Shown here one piece after another: positions 1-8,876 of a stretch of DNA of 64,000 bases (its first letter is position 1; each line of letters begins with the position of its first letter). Under the pieces are notes generated by a model. The model saw nothing but the letters and a program-made list of their open reading frames with translations. It made no database searches and was not told the origin of the DNA. Origin of the DNA: a bacterium (GTDB taxonomy: Bacteria; Patescibacteriota; Minisyncoccia; Phycocordibacterales; JAGLPS01); the NCBI GenBank assembly GCA_030690305.1, contig JAUYHB010000020.1:87535-151534 (forward strand), in the 5' to 3' direction. Position numbers and translations under genes: made by a program.

Positions 1-1780
1 CCACAACGGAAGGAGTGTACCCGATAATCCACGCGTCACGATAGTCGTTCGTTGTACCGGTTTTTACCGCGACTTCTTTCCCAGGAAAGTTAAGAAAAGA
101 CTGTTCTCCAAAAGCCGGCGCGCGCGCGTTATTATCAGACAGCACATTGGAAATTTTACGAGCCGTTTCTTGCGGTAACACCTGCGCCGAGGAATTTTTT
201 GCAGTTTCAATAATGTTTCCGTTTTTGTCCTGTATTTCCGATATCACTTGATAGGGATGTCGTTGTCCGTCATTGGCAAATACTCCATACGCGCTCGCCA
301 TATCGAGCAAAGAAACTTCTCCGCCACCAAGGACAAGAGTCAGTCCGTATCGGTTAATGTCTGTAAGGCTTGTAATTCCCATGTTTTTTGCCAAGGTCAA
401 GGTATCTTGCATTCCGGCGAGATACAACGTTTTCACGGCGGGGACGTTGATAGACTGTGCAAGCGCTTCCCGCATGGTAATCGGTCCCCGGAAAATGCCG
501 TCGTAGTTTGTAGGCATGTAGCACACCTCTTCTTTTGTCTGAAGGGGAGAAAGAGGATTCCCTTGGGGGTCGCACAGGGTTGAGAATTCCGTCTGTAAGT
601 CAAACAGAGCGGTTTCGGGGAGATATCCCTTATTGAAAGCCTCGGCGTAAGCAAAAGGTTTGAAAGCGGACCCGGGCTGTCTGTTATATGCCGTTGCAAC
701 GTTGAAATTGCCGTCTATTTCCGTATCAAAGTAATATCTTGATCCAACCATCACCAGAACACCTCCGGTCCTGGGGTCTATGGCGACAATCGCGTCATTT
801 TCGGCGTTGAATTTTTCTTTATTTTCAAGGGCATACTCTTGGGCAAGACGCTCGGCTTTTTCCTGGAGGGAATAATCAAGTGTAGTTATAACGCGCAACC
901 CCCCGTTTTCCAATACATCCGCTCCGTATTTTTTTTCCAGATATTCTCTGACAAACATAACAAAATGAGGTGCCTTGATTCCTTTTTCTTCTTGAGGAAT
1001 AAACTCCACCTTCTCTTCCTTGGCTTTGGCAAACTCGTCCTCGTTTATAAAACCACTTTCAAGCATCCTGCTTAAAACAAGGTTCTTTCTTTTCTCAAGA
1101 GATTCTTTATGGGAGCCATAGGGAGAATAAAAAGAGGGTGCTTGGGGCAGGGCCGCAAGATACGCCGCCTCGGCAAGCGTCACCTCGCTTGCTTTTTTCC
1201 CGAAAAAAGTCTCGCTTGCCTCCTCAATTCCGTACACGCTTCCTCCGTAGGGAATTTCATTGAGATACATGGAAAGAATGGTATTTTTATCGAGCTCCTT
1301 TTCAATTCTGATGGCAAGGAGCCACTCCTTCAGTTTTCGGGAAATACTCTTTTCGTTTGTAAGTAATGAGTTTTTGACAACCTGTTGGGTGATTGTCGAG
1401 CCGCCCTGGCTGAATTCACCTGTTTGCAGGTTTACAAGGATTGCCCGAAGAAACGCGGTCGGCTTGACTCCTCCATGCTGGTAAAATTCCTTGTCTTCAA
1501 TGGCAACGGTGGCATTTTTAACGTGACGGGAAATTTCATCAAACGGCACTACGGTTCTCTTAACATTCTGAAAAACATCATACAGAAGGACTTTTCCTGT
1601 TTTATCGTAAATTTTTGTCGACTCGGCGACTTTCCGTTCCTCAAACGACTCAAGGGTCGGAATTTTAAAGCTAGAAACCCAAAAAAGGGTGCTCCCGAGA
1701 GAAAACAACACAACAATCCCCGCTATAGCAAGGCTATTTCTGATCAATTTTTCCTTTTTTATGGAGTATTTTCTTTTCAC
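1..1780 (-). CDS. Class A penicillin-binding protein (transglycosylase/transpeptidase), 3' end beyond window start
   Basis: Manual translation from GTG at 1780 gives an N-terminal TM helix, EDKEFYQH, QGGSTITQQVVKN, RQPGSAFKPF (SxxK) and KTGT. It is missing from the ORF track because it is truncated. Confidence 0.93.
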   Translation of the reverse strand, partial: MKRKYSIKKEKLIRNSLAIAGIVVLFSLGSTLFWVSSFKIPTLESFEERKVAESTKIYDKTGKVLLYDVFQNVKRTVVPFDEISRHVKNATVAIEDKEFYQHGGVKPTAFLRAILVNLQTGEFSQGGSTITQQVVKNSLLTNEKSISRKLKEWLLAIRIEKELDKNTILSMYLNEIPYGGSVYGIEEASETFFGKKASEVTLAEAAYLAALPQAPSFYSPYGSHKESLEKRKNLVLSRMLESGFINEDEFAKAKEEKVEFIPQEEKGIKAPHFVMFVREYLEKKYGADVLENGGLRVITTLDYSLQEKAERLAQEYALENKEKFNAENDAIVAIDPRTGGVLVMVGSRYYFDTEIDGNFNVATAYNRQPGSAFKPFAYAEAFNKGYLPETALFDLQTEFSTLCDPQGNPLSPLQTKEEVCYMPTNYDGIFRGPITMREALAQSINVPAVKTLYLAGMQDTLTLAKNMGITSLTDINRYGLTLVLGGGEVSLLDMASAYGVFANDGQRHPYQVISEIQDKNGNIIETAKNSSAQVLPQETARKISNVLSDNNARAPAFGEQSFLNFPGKEVAVKTGTTNDYRDAWIIGYTPSVV

Positions 1781-1842
1781 CTTTCCATACTAGCATTATT
1801 TGGGTTATACCAAAAACAAGGGTGATATGGTACAGTAACCTT

Positions 1843-3063
1843 ATGTTTAGCGGTTTTTTGTCCCCTCGAACCAGTACAGACTCCCAAAAAATAGCCGAAA
1901 TACTCAATCGGGGAGTTGAGGACGTGTTTATCCGTGAAAGTCTGGAAAAAAAACTACTTTCCGGAAAGCAACTGAGAATAAAATTCGGCATTGACCCAAC
2001 CGGCCCCAATATCCACATCGGACGAGCGGTCGTGTTAAGAAAGCTGAGGGCTTTTCAAGACCTTGGCCATAAGATTGTGTGCATTGTCGGTGATTTTACG
2101 GCACAAATAGGGGATCCTTCCGACAAATTGGAGAAACGTCCCATGCTTTCTTCTTCTCAGATTGGGAAAAACGCCCATACGTATCGCGCCCAGATTGGAA
2201 AAATTTTGGATATATCAAAAACCGAATTTCGATTTAACAGCGAATGGCTGGCAAAGCTTGGTTTTTCGGAAATTATGCGTCTTGCCGAAATGTTTTCCGT
2301 CGGACAGATGATTGAGAGAAGAAACTTCAAGGAACGATATGAAAAAGGGGAGGAAATTTCGTTGAGAGAGTTTCTTTACCCCCTCATTCAGGGCTTTGAC
2401 TCGGTTGTCGTAAAAGCGGACGTTGAAATTGGCGGCTTTGACCAATTATTCAATCTAAAGGCCGGCCGAGTCGTCTTAAAACACCACGGACTTCCCGAAC
2501 AAGACGTGCTGACAATCTCAATGCTCCCGGGCACGGACGGAAGAAAAATGTCAACAAGTTGGGGCAATGTCATAAACATAACGGATGAGCCGTCCGACAT
2601 GTTCGGAAAGGTGATGTCGGTAAGCGATGAATTAATTGAACAGTACTTTTTATTATGCACTGACGTCGCTTCCGACGAGGTGAAAATGATTGGCGATTCA
2701 ATAAAAAACAAAACTGCCAACCCCCGCGACCAGAAAATTCGTCTCGCCCGTGAGATAGTCACCCTTTATTACGACAAAGAAAAGGCTGCTCGGGCCGAAC
2801 GCGAATTCTTAAAGGTCTTTACGGGTAAAGGAGTTCCTGATGACGTCGTTTCTGTTGAGGTCAAGAAAGGAGAACTTCTTTCGGACGTTCTTTTGCGCGC
2901 TGGTCTGGTTTCGTCAAAGACCGAATGGAGGCGTCTTGCTGAGGACGGTGCAGTATTTGACATGGACCATGGACAAAAAATCACCGATATAAACGAAAAA
3001 ATTAAAAGCAACACGGTTATAAAAGTAGGAAAAAGAAGATTTGTAAAAATTATACTCACATGA
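1843..3063 (+). CDS. tyrS: Tyrosine--tRNA ligase
   Basis: GIDPTGPNIHIG (HIGH-like), GGFDQLFN, KMSTS, C-terminal S4-like domain. Start placed at ATG 1843. Confidence 0.96.
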   Translation: MFSGFLSPRTSTDSQKIAEILNRGVEDVFIRESLEKKLLSGKQLRIKFGIDPTGPNIHIGRAVVLRKLRAFQDLGHKIVCIVGDFTAQIGDPSDKLEKRPMLSSSQIGKNAHTYRAQIGKILDISKTEFRFNSEWLAKLGFSEIMRLAEMFSVGQMIERRNFKERYEKGEEISLREFLYPLIQGFDSVVVKADVEIGGFDQLFNLKAGRVVLKHHGLPEQDVLTISMLPGTDGRKMSTSWGNVINITDEPSDMFGKVMSVSDELIEQYFLLCTDVASDEVKMIGDSIKNKTANPRDQKIRLAREIVTLYYDKEKAARAEREFLKVFTGKGVPDDVVSVEVKKGELLSDVLLRAGLVSSKTEWRRLAEDGAVFDMDHGQKITDINEKIKSNTVIKVGKRRFVKIILT

Positions 3064-3068
3064 CGTCT

Positions 3069-3101
3069 AGATAAAACCCGCCTCTTCGGCGGGTTTTATC
3101 T
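3069..3101. terminator. Bidirectional intrinsic terminator
   Basis: AGATAAAACCCGCC-TCTTC-GGCGGGTTTTATCT between convergent genes. Confidence 0.85.
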
Positions 3102-3126
3102 TTCCTTTTTCTTCTAGTTGTAGTAA

Positions 3127-3215
3127 GAATTCACCTTTCAAAAACCTTACGGAGACGTGAAGGAAAGTAGAGAAAAATTCAGAAGAATTTTATCGTGTTT
3201 CTGAAAAGTGAATTC
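3127..3215 (+). repeat. Dispersed structured intergenic element (family member)
   Basis: Closing inverted repeat GAATTCACCTTTCA...TGAAAAGTGAATTC encloses two hairpins, one being AAAATT-CAGAAG-AATTTT. Size and layout match 40361-40449 and 56407-56494. Confidence 0.6.
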
Positions 3216-3224
3216 AAACAGTTT

Positions 3225-3383
3225 TTACATTGAATCCCAACTATCTTCATCGTCACTGTAACTTTCATAGCCTTCCTCTTCCTCACTCTCTTCTCCTTCC
3301 TTTTTCTTTTTAAACTCTCCCTCTCCGACTTCGTTTTCATCCTCAAACCCCTCGTTTTCTTCGAGCAAATCCTCGTCTCGCAT
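3225..3383 (-). CDS. Small highly acidic protein (52 aa)
   Basis: MRDEDLLEENEGFEDENE...DDEDSWDSM, with 25 of 52 residues D/E. Confidence 0.6.
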   Translation of the reverse strand: MRDEDLLEENEGFEDENEVGEGEFKKKKEGEESEEEEGYESYSDDEDSWDSM

Positions 3384-3494
3384 GTTTATCAAGCTTAATT
3401 TTTTATCTTTATATAACGACCTTAATTTTCTCTCCTTATGTTGTATCAAATGCAAAAAAGAGTTGCAAACAAAAACCCGATAATCATGTTGATA

Positions 3495-3989
3495 TCATTT
3501 GTCCAGGTCCTTCGCGCGATAGAGAGACATATGAGCGAGCCCTACCGCGATAGCGTCGTACTCGTCATCGTAAGAGATATCTTTTTTTATCGAAAGAATT
3601 TTTTCAACCATTGTTTCTACCTGTTTTTTATCGCTCCTTCCGTGTCCGGTAACCGCGGCCTTTATTTCACCGGGAGTATATTCATACACGGAAATATCCG
3701 CTCGTCCCGCTTCGTACAAAATCACACCCCTGCTTTCCGCCACCGAAAAAGCGGTTTTCTGATTCATGTTGAAGAACAATTTCTCAACCGCGATGGCATT
3801 TGGAGCATATTCCCCGATAAGTTTTTTAAGTGTTTCCCCGATAAGCGCAAGCCGTTTCGGGTGAGTTAATTTTTTCGATGAAGTAATACAGTCCGAATGC
3901 ACAAGACTTTCCCGCCCGTTCTCTTTTTTAATCACGGCAACCCCGAGTCTGTCATAGCCTGGGTCAATAGATAATACCGAATAGGGCAT
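3495..3989 (-). CDS. ruvC: Holliday junction resolvase RuvC
   Basis: LSIDPGYDRLG, AVEKLFF, EYTPGEIK, DDEYDAIA. Confidence 0.95.
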   Translation of the reverse strand: MPYSVLSIDPGYDRLGVAVIKKENGRESLVHSDCITSSKKLTHPKRLALIGETLKKLIGEYAPNAIAVEKLFFNMNQKTAFSVAESRGVILYEAGRADISVYEYTPGEIKAAVTGHGRSDKKQVETMVEKILSIKKDISYDDEYDAIAVGLAHMSLYRAKDLDK

Positions 3990-3990
3990 A

Positions 3991-4521
3991 TTACTCGGCG
4001 TTTGTAAAAACCTCCTGGACTTCGTCATTATCCTCCAGTTCACTCACAATTTCTTGAAGTTTTACGGCATCGGACTCCTCAAGGGTAACGGTTGTTTTAG
4101 GGGACCATTCCGAACCTGTTTTTTCAAATGCCCATGTGGCACTTCCCGATACCGCGAGTTCAAAACCGTGCTTGGAGAGAATGTGGCGTACTTCCGCCGC
4201 CGCTTTATTTCGGTTATCCGTGAGTCCTTCTATGATGAGGGCGCATCCTCCGGGGCCGTAAGCCTCGTACATAACGGGCTCCATGGCCGAAGAGGATGTG
4301 TCAGTCGCTTTTTTAATGGCGCGCTCCACGTTTTCACTGGGCATATTCGCCTCCCGCGCTTTTTCGATTGCGGCACGAAGCCCCGGCGCATCCTCCTTTC
4401 CGTTGCTTTTTTTTGCTTCAACGGTAATAAGGCGGATAAGTTTCGTGAAGATTTTACTTTTCTTTGAATCTGTCGCTGCTTTTTTATTTTTTATCTGTTT
4501 CCATTTACTGTGTCCTGCCAT
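3991..4521 (-). CDS. yebC: YebC/PmpR family protein (short form)
   Basis: MAGHSKWKQIK, YEAYGPGG, TDNRN, C-terminal VQEVFTN. Confidence 0.95.
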   Translation of the reverse strand: MAGHSKWKQIKNKKAATDSKKSKIFTKLIRLITVEAKKSNGKEDAPGLRAAIEKAREANMPSENVERAIKKATDTSSSAMEPVMYEAYGPGGCALIIEGLTDNRNKAAAEVRHILSKHGFELAVSGSATWAFEKTGSEWSPKTTVTLEESDAVKLQEIVSELEDNDEVQEVFTNAE

Positions 4522-4550
4522 AGTATGTTTTTATCTTAACTTTATTAAGT

Positions 4551-5570
4551 TTACAAGAGGCGTGACGAGTCTTTTCCGGAAAACTTTTCGATGTATTCTC
4601 TACCTTTAAGGGTCAATGCCCGTCCGCGGGGGGTACGCTCAAGAAATCCTATTTGAATAAGATAGGGTTCGTTGAATTCTTCTATAGTTGACTCCTCCTC
4701 GGAAAGGGAGGTGGCGAGAGTGTTAAGGCCGACCGGCCCTCCGTTGAATTTTTTAGAAATAGCGAGAAGGATACTTCTGTCCGAGACAGACAGGCCATTA
4801 TCATCTATTCCAAGCATGGAAAGAGCTCCTTTAACGGTTTCCTCATCAAGGCTTTTCCGGTGCACTTGTGCAAAGTCACGGCATCGTTTAAGAAAATAAT
4901 TTGCCGTTCTCGGAGTAAAGCGGCTTCGTATCGCGATTTCCTTTACGGCGGATTCTTCAATAACAACTTCAAGGAGCCGTGAAGAGCGCCTGATAATTTC
5001 TTGTATCTCATTAACGCTATAAAATTCCAATCGAAAAACCCCTCCGGAAAATCGGCTACGAAGTGGTGAGGAGATAAGGGCCACTTGTGTTGTTGCGGCA
5101 ATAATCGTGAAAGGAGAAAGGCTTAGCTGTACGGTACGCGCCGACGGACCCTTCCCTATAATGATGTCCAGCGAACCGGATTCCATTGCGGGATACAGCA
5201 CTTCTTCAATGGTTTTATTAAGACGGTGGATTTCGTCGATAAAAAGAATGTCGCCGGAGGAAAGGTTGGTAAGGATAGAGGCAAGGTCGGCCACCTTTTC
5301 AATCGCCGGGCCGGAGGTCACCTTTATCTGCATTCCCGTTTCTCTTGCGATAAGGTACGCAAGCGTTGTTTTTCCAAGACCCGGAGGCCCGTAAAACAAA
5401 ACATGCTCGGGCGGATGCCCTCGTTCTTTCGCGGCCTTGAGAAGTATTTCAAGGTTATTTTTTATGTTGTTTTGTCCAACGTATTCACTCCACGTTGTTG
5501 GACGCAGTGTCTGATCGAGAAAGGCAACTTCGCCCTCTCCTAAACGTTCTACGGGGCGGTTACTTGACAT
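4551..5570 (-). CDS. ruvB: Holliday junction branch migration ATPase RuvB
   Basis: LRPTTWSEYVGQ, GPPGLGKTT, FIDEIHRL, RTPRGR. Confidence 0.97.
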   Translation of the reverse strand: MSSNRPVERLGEGEVAFLDQTLRPTTWSEYVGQNNIKNNLEILLKAAKERGHPPEHVLFYGPPGLGKTTLAYLIARETGMQIKVTSGPAIEKVADLASILTNLSSGDILFIDEIHRLNKTIEEVLYPAMESGSLDIIIGKGPSARTVQLSLSPFTIIAATTQVALISSPLRSRFSGGVFRLEFYSVNEIQEIIRRSSRLLEVVIEESAVKEIAIRSRFTPRTANYFLKRCRDFAQVHRKSLDEETVKGALSMLGIDDNGLSVSDRSILLAISKKFNGGPVGLNTLATSLSEEESTIEEFNEPYLIQIGFLERTPRGRALTLKGREYIEKFSGKDSSRLL

Positions 5571-5620
5571 TATAAGTTTTTTATGCTAGTCTTATCGTTG
5601 ACAGCCTGAGTGGTTATTTT

Positions 5621-5792
5621 AAATCCAAGACACAAATCTCTAAGCAGCGGAGCCCTTCGGGGCTTTCTAGCACTTCTTTAAGGACGCACTGGTGTTACCT
5701 TCGGGTAACGTGCTGATGCCATCCTTGAAAGGAATGCTTAACTTCTAGTACGCATATTAAAAGTGCTGCTTAGAGATTTGTGTTTTGGATTT
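5621..5792 (+). ncRNA. ssrS: Probable 6S RNA
   Basis: About 172-nt rod with a closing stem of roughly 27 bp (AATCCAAGACACAAATCTCTAAGCAGC / GCTGCTTAGAGATTTGTGTTTTGGATT). It has a central bubble containing a small UUCG hairpin, an irregular apical stem capped by UUCG, and a 3' T-tract. Confidence 0.6.
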
Positions 5793-5881
5793 TTTGTTTT
5801 CCTTCTGACCCCAATTCTATGCCTTGTCATCGAGAGACCGCAATATTGACCTTGTTAAAAACAGTGGCGTAGATTTTTCAC

Positions 5882-7558
5882 TCATATTTGCAAATCAACC
5901 ACACGCTGAAGTTCAAGAAGCGATGTTTTTCCTTCAAGTACTTTGATTGCTCCGTCCTGCTTCATGTTAAGAATATTTTGTGCCAATGCCGCCTTTTCAA
6001 CCTCCCGCTCGCTCGGATTTTCTTTCACAACACGTTCTATGGCCTCGTCCGTTTTTATGGCTTCAAAAATTCCGATTCTGCCCTTATAACCGGTAAAATT
6101 GCATTTCTCGCATCCTTGGTGTTCCCATACGCTTTCTCTTTGAACATCTTTCAAATACGTTTTGTCGGTAATTGTCTCCACAATGCTGTCGATAAGTTCC
6201 TTTTCTTCTCCCTGAAGGGGAACAATTTTTTTGCAGTCGTTACACAGCGTACGCAACAGCCGTTGCGCCATTGAAACGTTTATTGCCGATGTCAAAATTT
6301 TCGGGTTGACACCAAGGTCAATAAGGCGGGGGAAGGACCCTGCGGCATTGTTTGTGTGCAACGTCGAAAAAACAAGGTGCCCGGTCAGGGAAGCGTTGAT
6401 GGCGATTTCCGCGGTTTCCTGATCGCGAATTTCACCGACCATGATAACGTCGGGGTCCTGTCGCAGGGCGGAGCGCAGTCCTTCAAGAAAAGTGTAGCCT
6501 TTTTTGCTGTCCGTTTGCGTCTGAACAATTCCCGGCAGGTGATATTCAATCGGATTTTCTATGGTGATAATTTTTATTTCAGGCGTATGAACTTTTTTGA
6601 GGAAAGCATACAGTGTTGTCGTTTTTCCGGAGCCTGTCGGACCCGTTGTCAAAAGCATTCCATTCGGTTTGGCTATTTCATGCTCAAGAATTTTAAGAAG
6701 ACGCGGGTGGATGCCGAGTTCTTCAAGCGGAACGGAAATCGCCTTCGGATTCAAAATTCTCATTACGACAGAGTCGCTGTACGCCCCGGGGAGCACCGAT
6801 GTTCTTATTTCAATATCGCTGTCTTCCATTTTTATCGTGAACCGTCCGTCTTGCGCGATACCTTTGATATTCAGTTTAAGACCCGAAATCAGCTTAATGC
6901 GTGACAAAAGAAGTGCGAATGTTTCATGGTCGAAATTGATGACATCAACCAAAACGCCATCAAGCCTGTATCTGATGCGTACGTATTTTTCCTCGGGCTC
7001 AATGTGGACATCCGAAGCTTTTGTCGCAAGGGAACCTGCGAGAATTATTTCAAGCGTGCGCGATATTCGGTATCCTTTCTTTGCCGCGAGAACGTCTTCG
7101 ATAAGTTTTCTGACATCTTCCAGATGTTTGACCGTTTGAACGACGTTTGTTATCTCTTCGTTTGAAATATCAAGCGCCCCTCCTCTTGTTTCAAAAGAGT
7201 AGGAAAGGTCTTTGTATTTTTCCCATACGCGCTCAAGTCCTTGCGAGGAAACCATATACAACACGGGAACAAATCCTTTTTCTTCCAGTTCTTTAATCGC
7301 ATCCTGGCTCTTTTGATTATTCGGAGACTGTACGCCGATATGAATTTTTTTATCTACAATGTTAAAAATGGCGATTTTTGCCTCTCTTGCCTTATCTTCC
7401 GGAAGGACACGAAGAGCGTCGCGGTTAACCGTGCCGCTTGCGAGGTCAAGATAGGGTAGATTGTATTTTGAGGAGAGGATTAGGGTGAGGTTTTCTTCCT
7501 CGGCTTTGTGCAAATCCTCTATCTTTTGGTTTTGTTTTTCCTCGTTAAATTCAACCAT
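5882..7558 (-). CDS. pilB: GspE/PilB family type IV pilus assembly ATPase
   Basis: ASDVHIEP, GPTGSGKTTT, LRQDPDVIMVGEIRD, TGHLVFSTLHTN, tetracysteine motif. Start placed at MVEFNEE. Confidence 0.92.
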   Translation of the reverse strand: MVEFNEEKQNQKIEDLHKAEEENLTLILSSKYNLPYLDLASGTVNRDALRVLPEDKAREAKIAIFNIVDKKIHIGVQSPNNQKSQDAIKELEEKGFVPVLYMVSSQGLERVWEKYKDLSYSFETRGGALDISNEEITNVVQTVKHLEDVRKLIEDVLAAKKGYRISRTLEIILAGSLATKASDVHIEPEEKYVRIRYRLDGVLVDVINFDHETFALLLSRIKLISGLKLNIKGIAQDGRFTIKMEDSDIEIRTSVLPGAYSDSVVMRILNPKAISVPLEELGIHPRLLKILEHEIAKPNGMLLTTGPTGSGKTTTLYAFLKKVHTPEIKIITIENPIEYHLPGIVQTQTDSKKGYTFLEGLRSALRQDPDVIMVGEIRDQETAEIAINASLTGHLVFSTLHTNNAAGSFPRLIDLGVNPKILTSAINVSMAQRLLRTLCNDCKKIVPLQGEEKELIDSIVETITDKTYLKDVQRESVWEHQGCEKCNFTGYKGRIGIFEAIKTDEAIERVVKENPSEREVEKAALAQNILNMKQDGAIKVLEGKTSLLELQRVVDLQI

Positions 7559-7666
7559 ATAGGGTAATAGTAACGTTTTTAAACTCCTTTCACAACGAAT
7601 AAGGCACAAACGCAATTTTACGTCCAAAGAAAGCTCTTTTCTGGGCGCAGGAAAAGTAAAAAACCA

Positions 7667-7695
7667 TTGACTTTTCATATGATAAGTGGTATAAT
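7667..7695 (+). promoter_or_regulatory. Sigma70-type promoter
   Basis: TTGACT-17 nt-TATAAT with an extended TG, upstream of ORF 7744. Confidence 0.75.
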
Positions 7696-7743
7696 GTACA
7701 TAGGTAAGATAAATATAATGTTCTTTCAAAAAGGAGGATTCCC

Positions 7744-8379
7744 ATGAAAGGAATTAAATATTTTGTGTCAGTGTTTGTCGCACTGCTTCTTATTTCCAAC
7801 CTTACGACCCCCGTATTTGCCGGACTTTTCTATGAAACTCCGACAATTACCATCGTCAACTCGACCGGGCTCGATATTGAGGTTGAACGTGTGAGCCAAC
7901 CTGTTTCGGGAGAACTATCGCGAAGCGCAGAAGCTCCGATAAGGTCGGGAAGAGTTGTCACCGGACAAAGCATGTCGTTTCAGGTGCCTTTGAGTAAACT
8001 TACGCTCAACGACTCCGGCATACGAACTGCCGCTTTTGTTGTCAAAGCATATTATCCGGGAACGGATCAATATGCAGGAATTGGCCCAAGTATTATGCTT
8101 GTGCGACAAGGTCACCGTTCCGTGCGAGTGACACAGACGTATTCGGTAAACGTCGGAATACCCAAGGGAGACATTAAGACAAAGAAAAGAACTTACGTTC
8201 GGTCTTCTTCCCCAAGGGTCTACAACAGTCCGGGCTCCGCGGGGTTTCATGAATCGTCTCGAAGATATGGAAGGACTCGTACGTTCACTATCTATGTCGG
8301 AGAGACAAGAGAAATCGAACCGATCGTTCTCCACGAAAGAGACATTAATGTTTTAGAAACTGCACAAAATTCCAACTAG
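7744..8379 (+). CDS. Hypothetical secreted protein
   Basis: Signal peptide ending VFA, SD AAAGGAGG, its own promoter and a downstream hairpin terminator. Confidence 0.8.
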   Translation: MKGIKYFVSVFVALLLISNLTTPVFAGLFYETPTITIVNSTGLDIEVERVSQPVSGELSRSAEAPIRSGRVVTGQSMSFQVPLSKLTLNDSGIRTAAFVVKAYYPGTDQYAGIGPSIMLVRQGHRSVRVTQTYSVNVGIPKGDIKTKKRTYVRSSSPRVYNSPGSAGFHESSRRYGRTRTFTIYVGETREIEPIVLHERDINVLETAQNSN

Positions 8380-8446
8380 GTTTTCCTCACCACAAGGCGC
8401 GTTCGTTCAATCGAATGCGCCTTTTTGTTTGTGCTACAATCACCGC

Positions 8447-8875
8447 ATGAGAGGGTATACAAGCAAAAGTCTCAAGGAAACGGAACACCTCGCGGAAAAA
8501 TTTCTCTTAACCCTTTCTCCGAAGAAAAAGGCGATTGTTGTCGGTTTGTGCGGAGATTTAGGCTCCGGGAAAACAGCTTTCGTGAAAATGGTTGCAAAAA
8601 TTCTCGGTGTAAAGGGGCACGTCACCAGTCCCACATTCGTCATCCAAAAAAATTATTCCCTCAAAGAAAAAAATTTTTCAACACTTGCCCATATTGATGC
8701 GTATCGTCTGAAAGAAGGTGAAGACCTTCTGTCTCTCTCATGGAACGATACGCTTGAAGGAAACAACTTGGTTTTTATCGAGTGGCCGGAGCGAGTTCTG
8801 AGCGCCCTTCCTAAGGGGATAAAAAAGATATATTTTGAATTTATAGACGATACGACACGGAATATACGATTTTAA
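8447..8875 (+). CDS. tsaE: tRNA t6A biosynthesis ATPase TsaE
   Basis: GDLGSGKT, VTSPTF, HIDAYRL, IEWPE. Confidence 0.95.
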   Translation: MRGYTSKSLKETEHLAEKFLLTLSPKKKAIVVGLCGDLGSGKTAFVKMVAKILGVKGHVTSPTFVIQKNYSLKEKNFSTLAHIDAYRLKEGEDLLSLSWNDTLEGNNLVFIEWPERVLSALPKGIKKIYFEFIDDTTRNIRF

Positions 8876-8876
8876 A

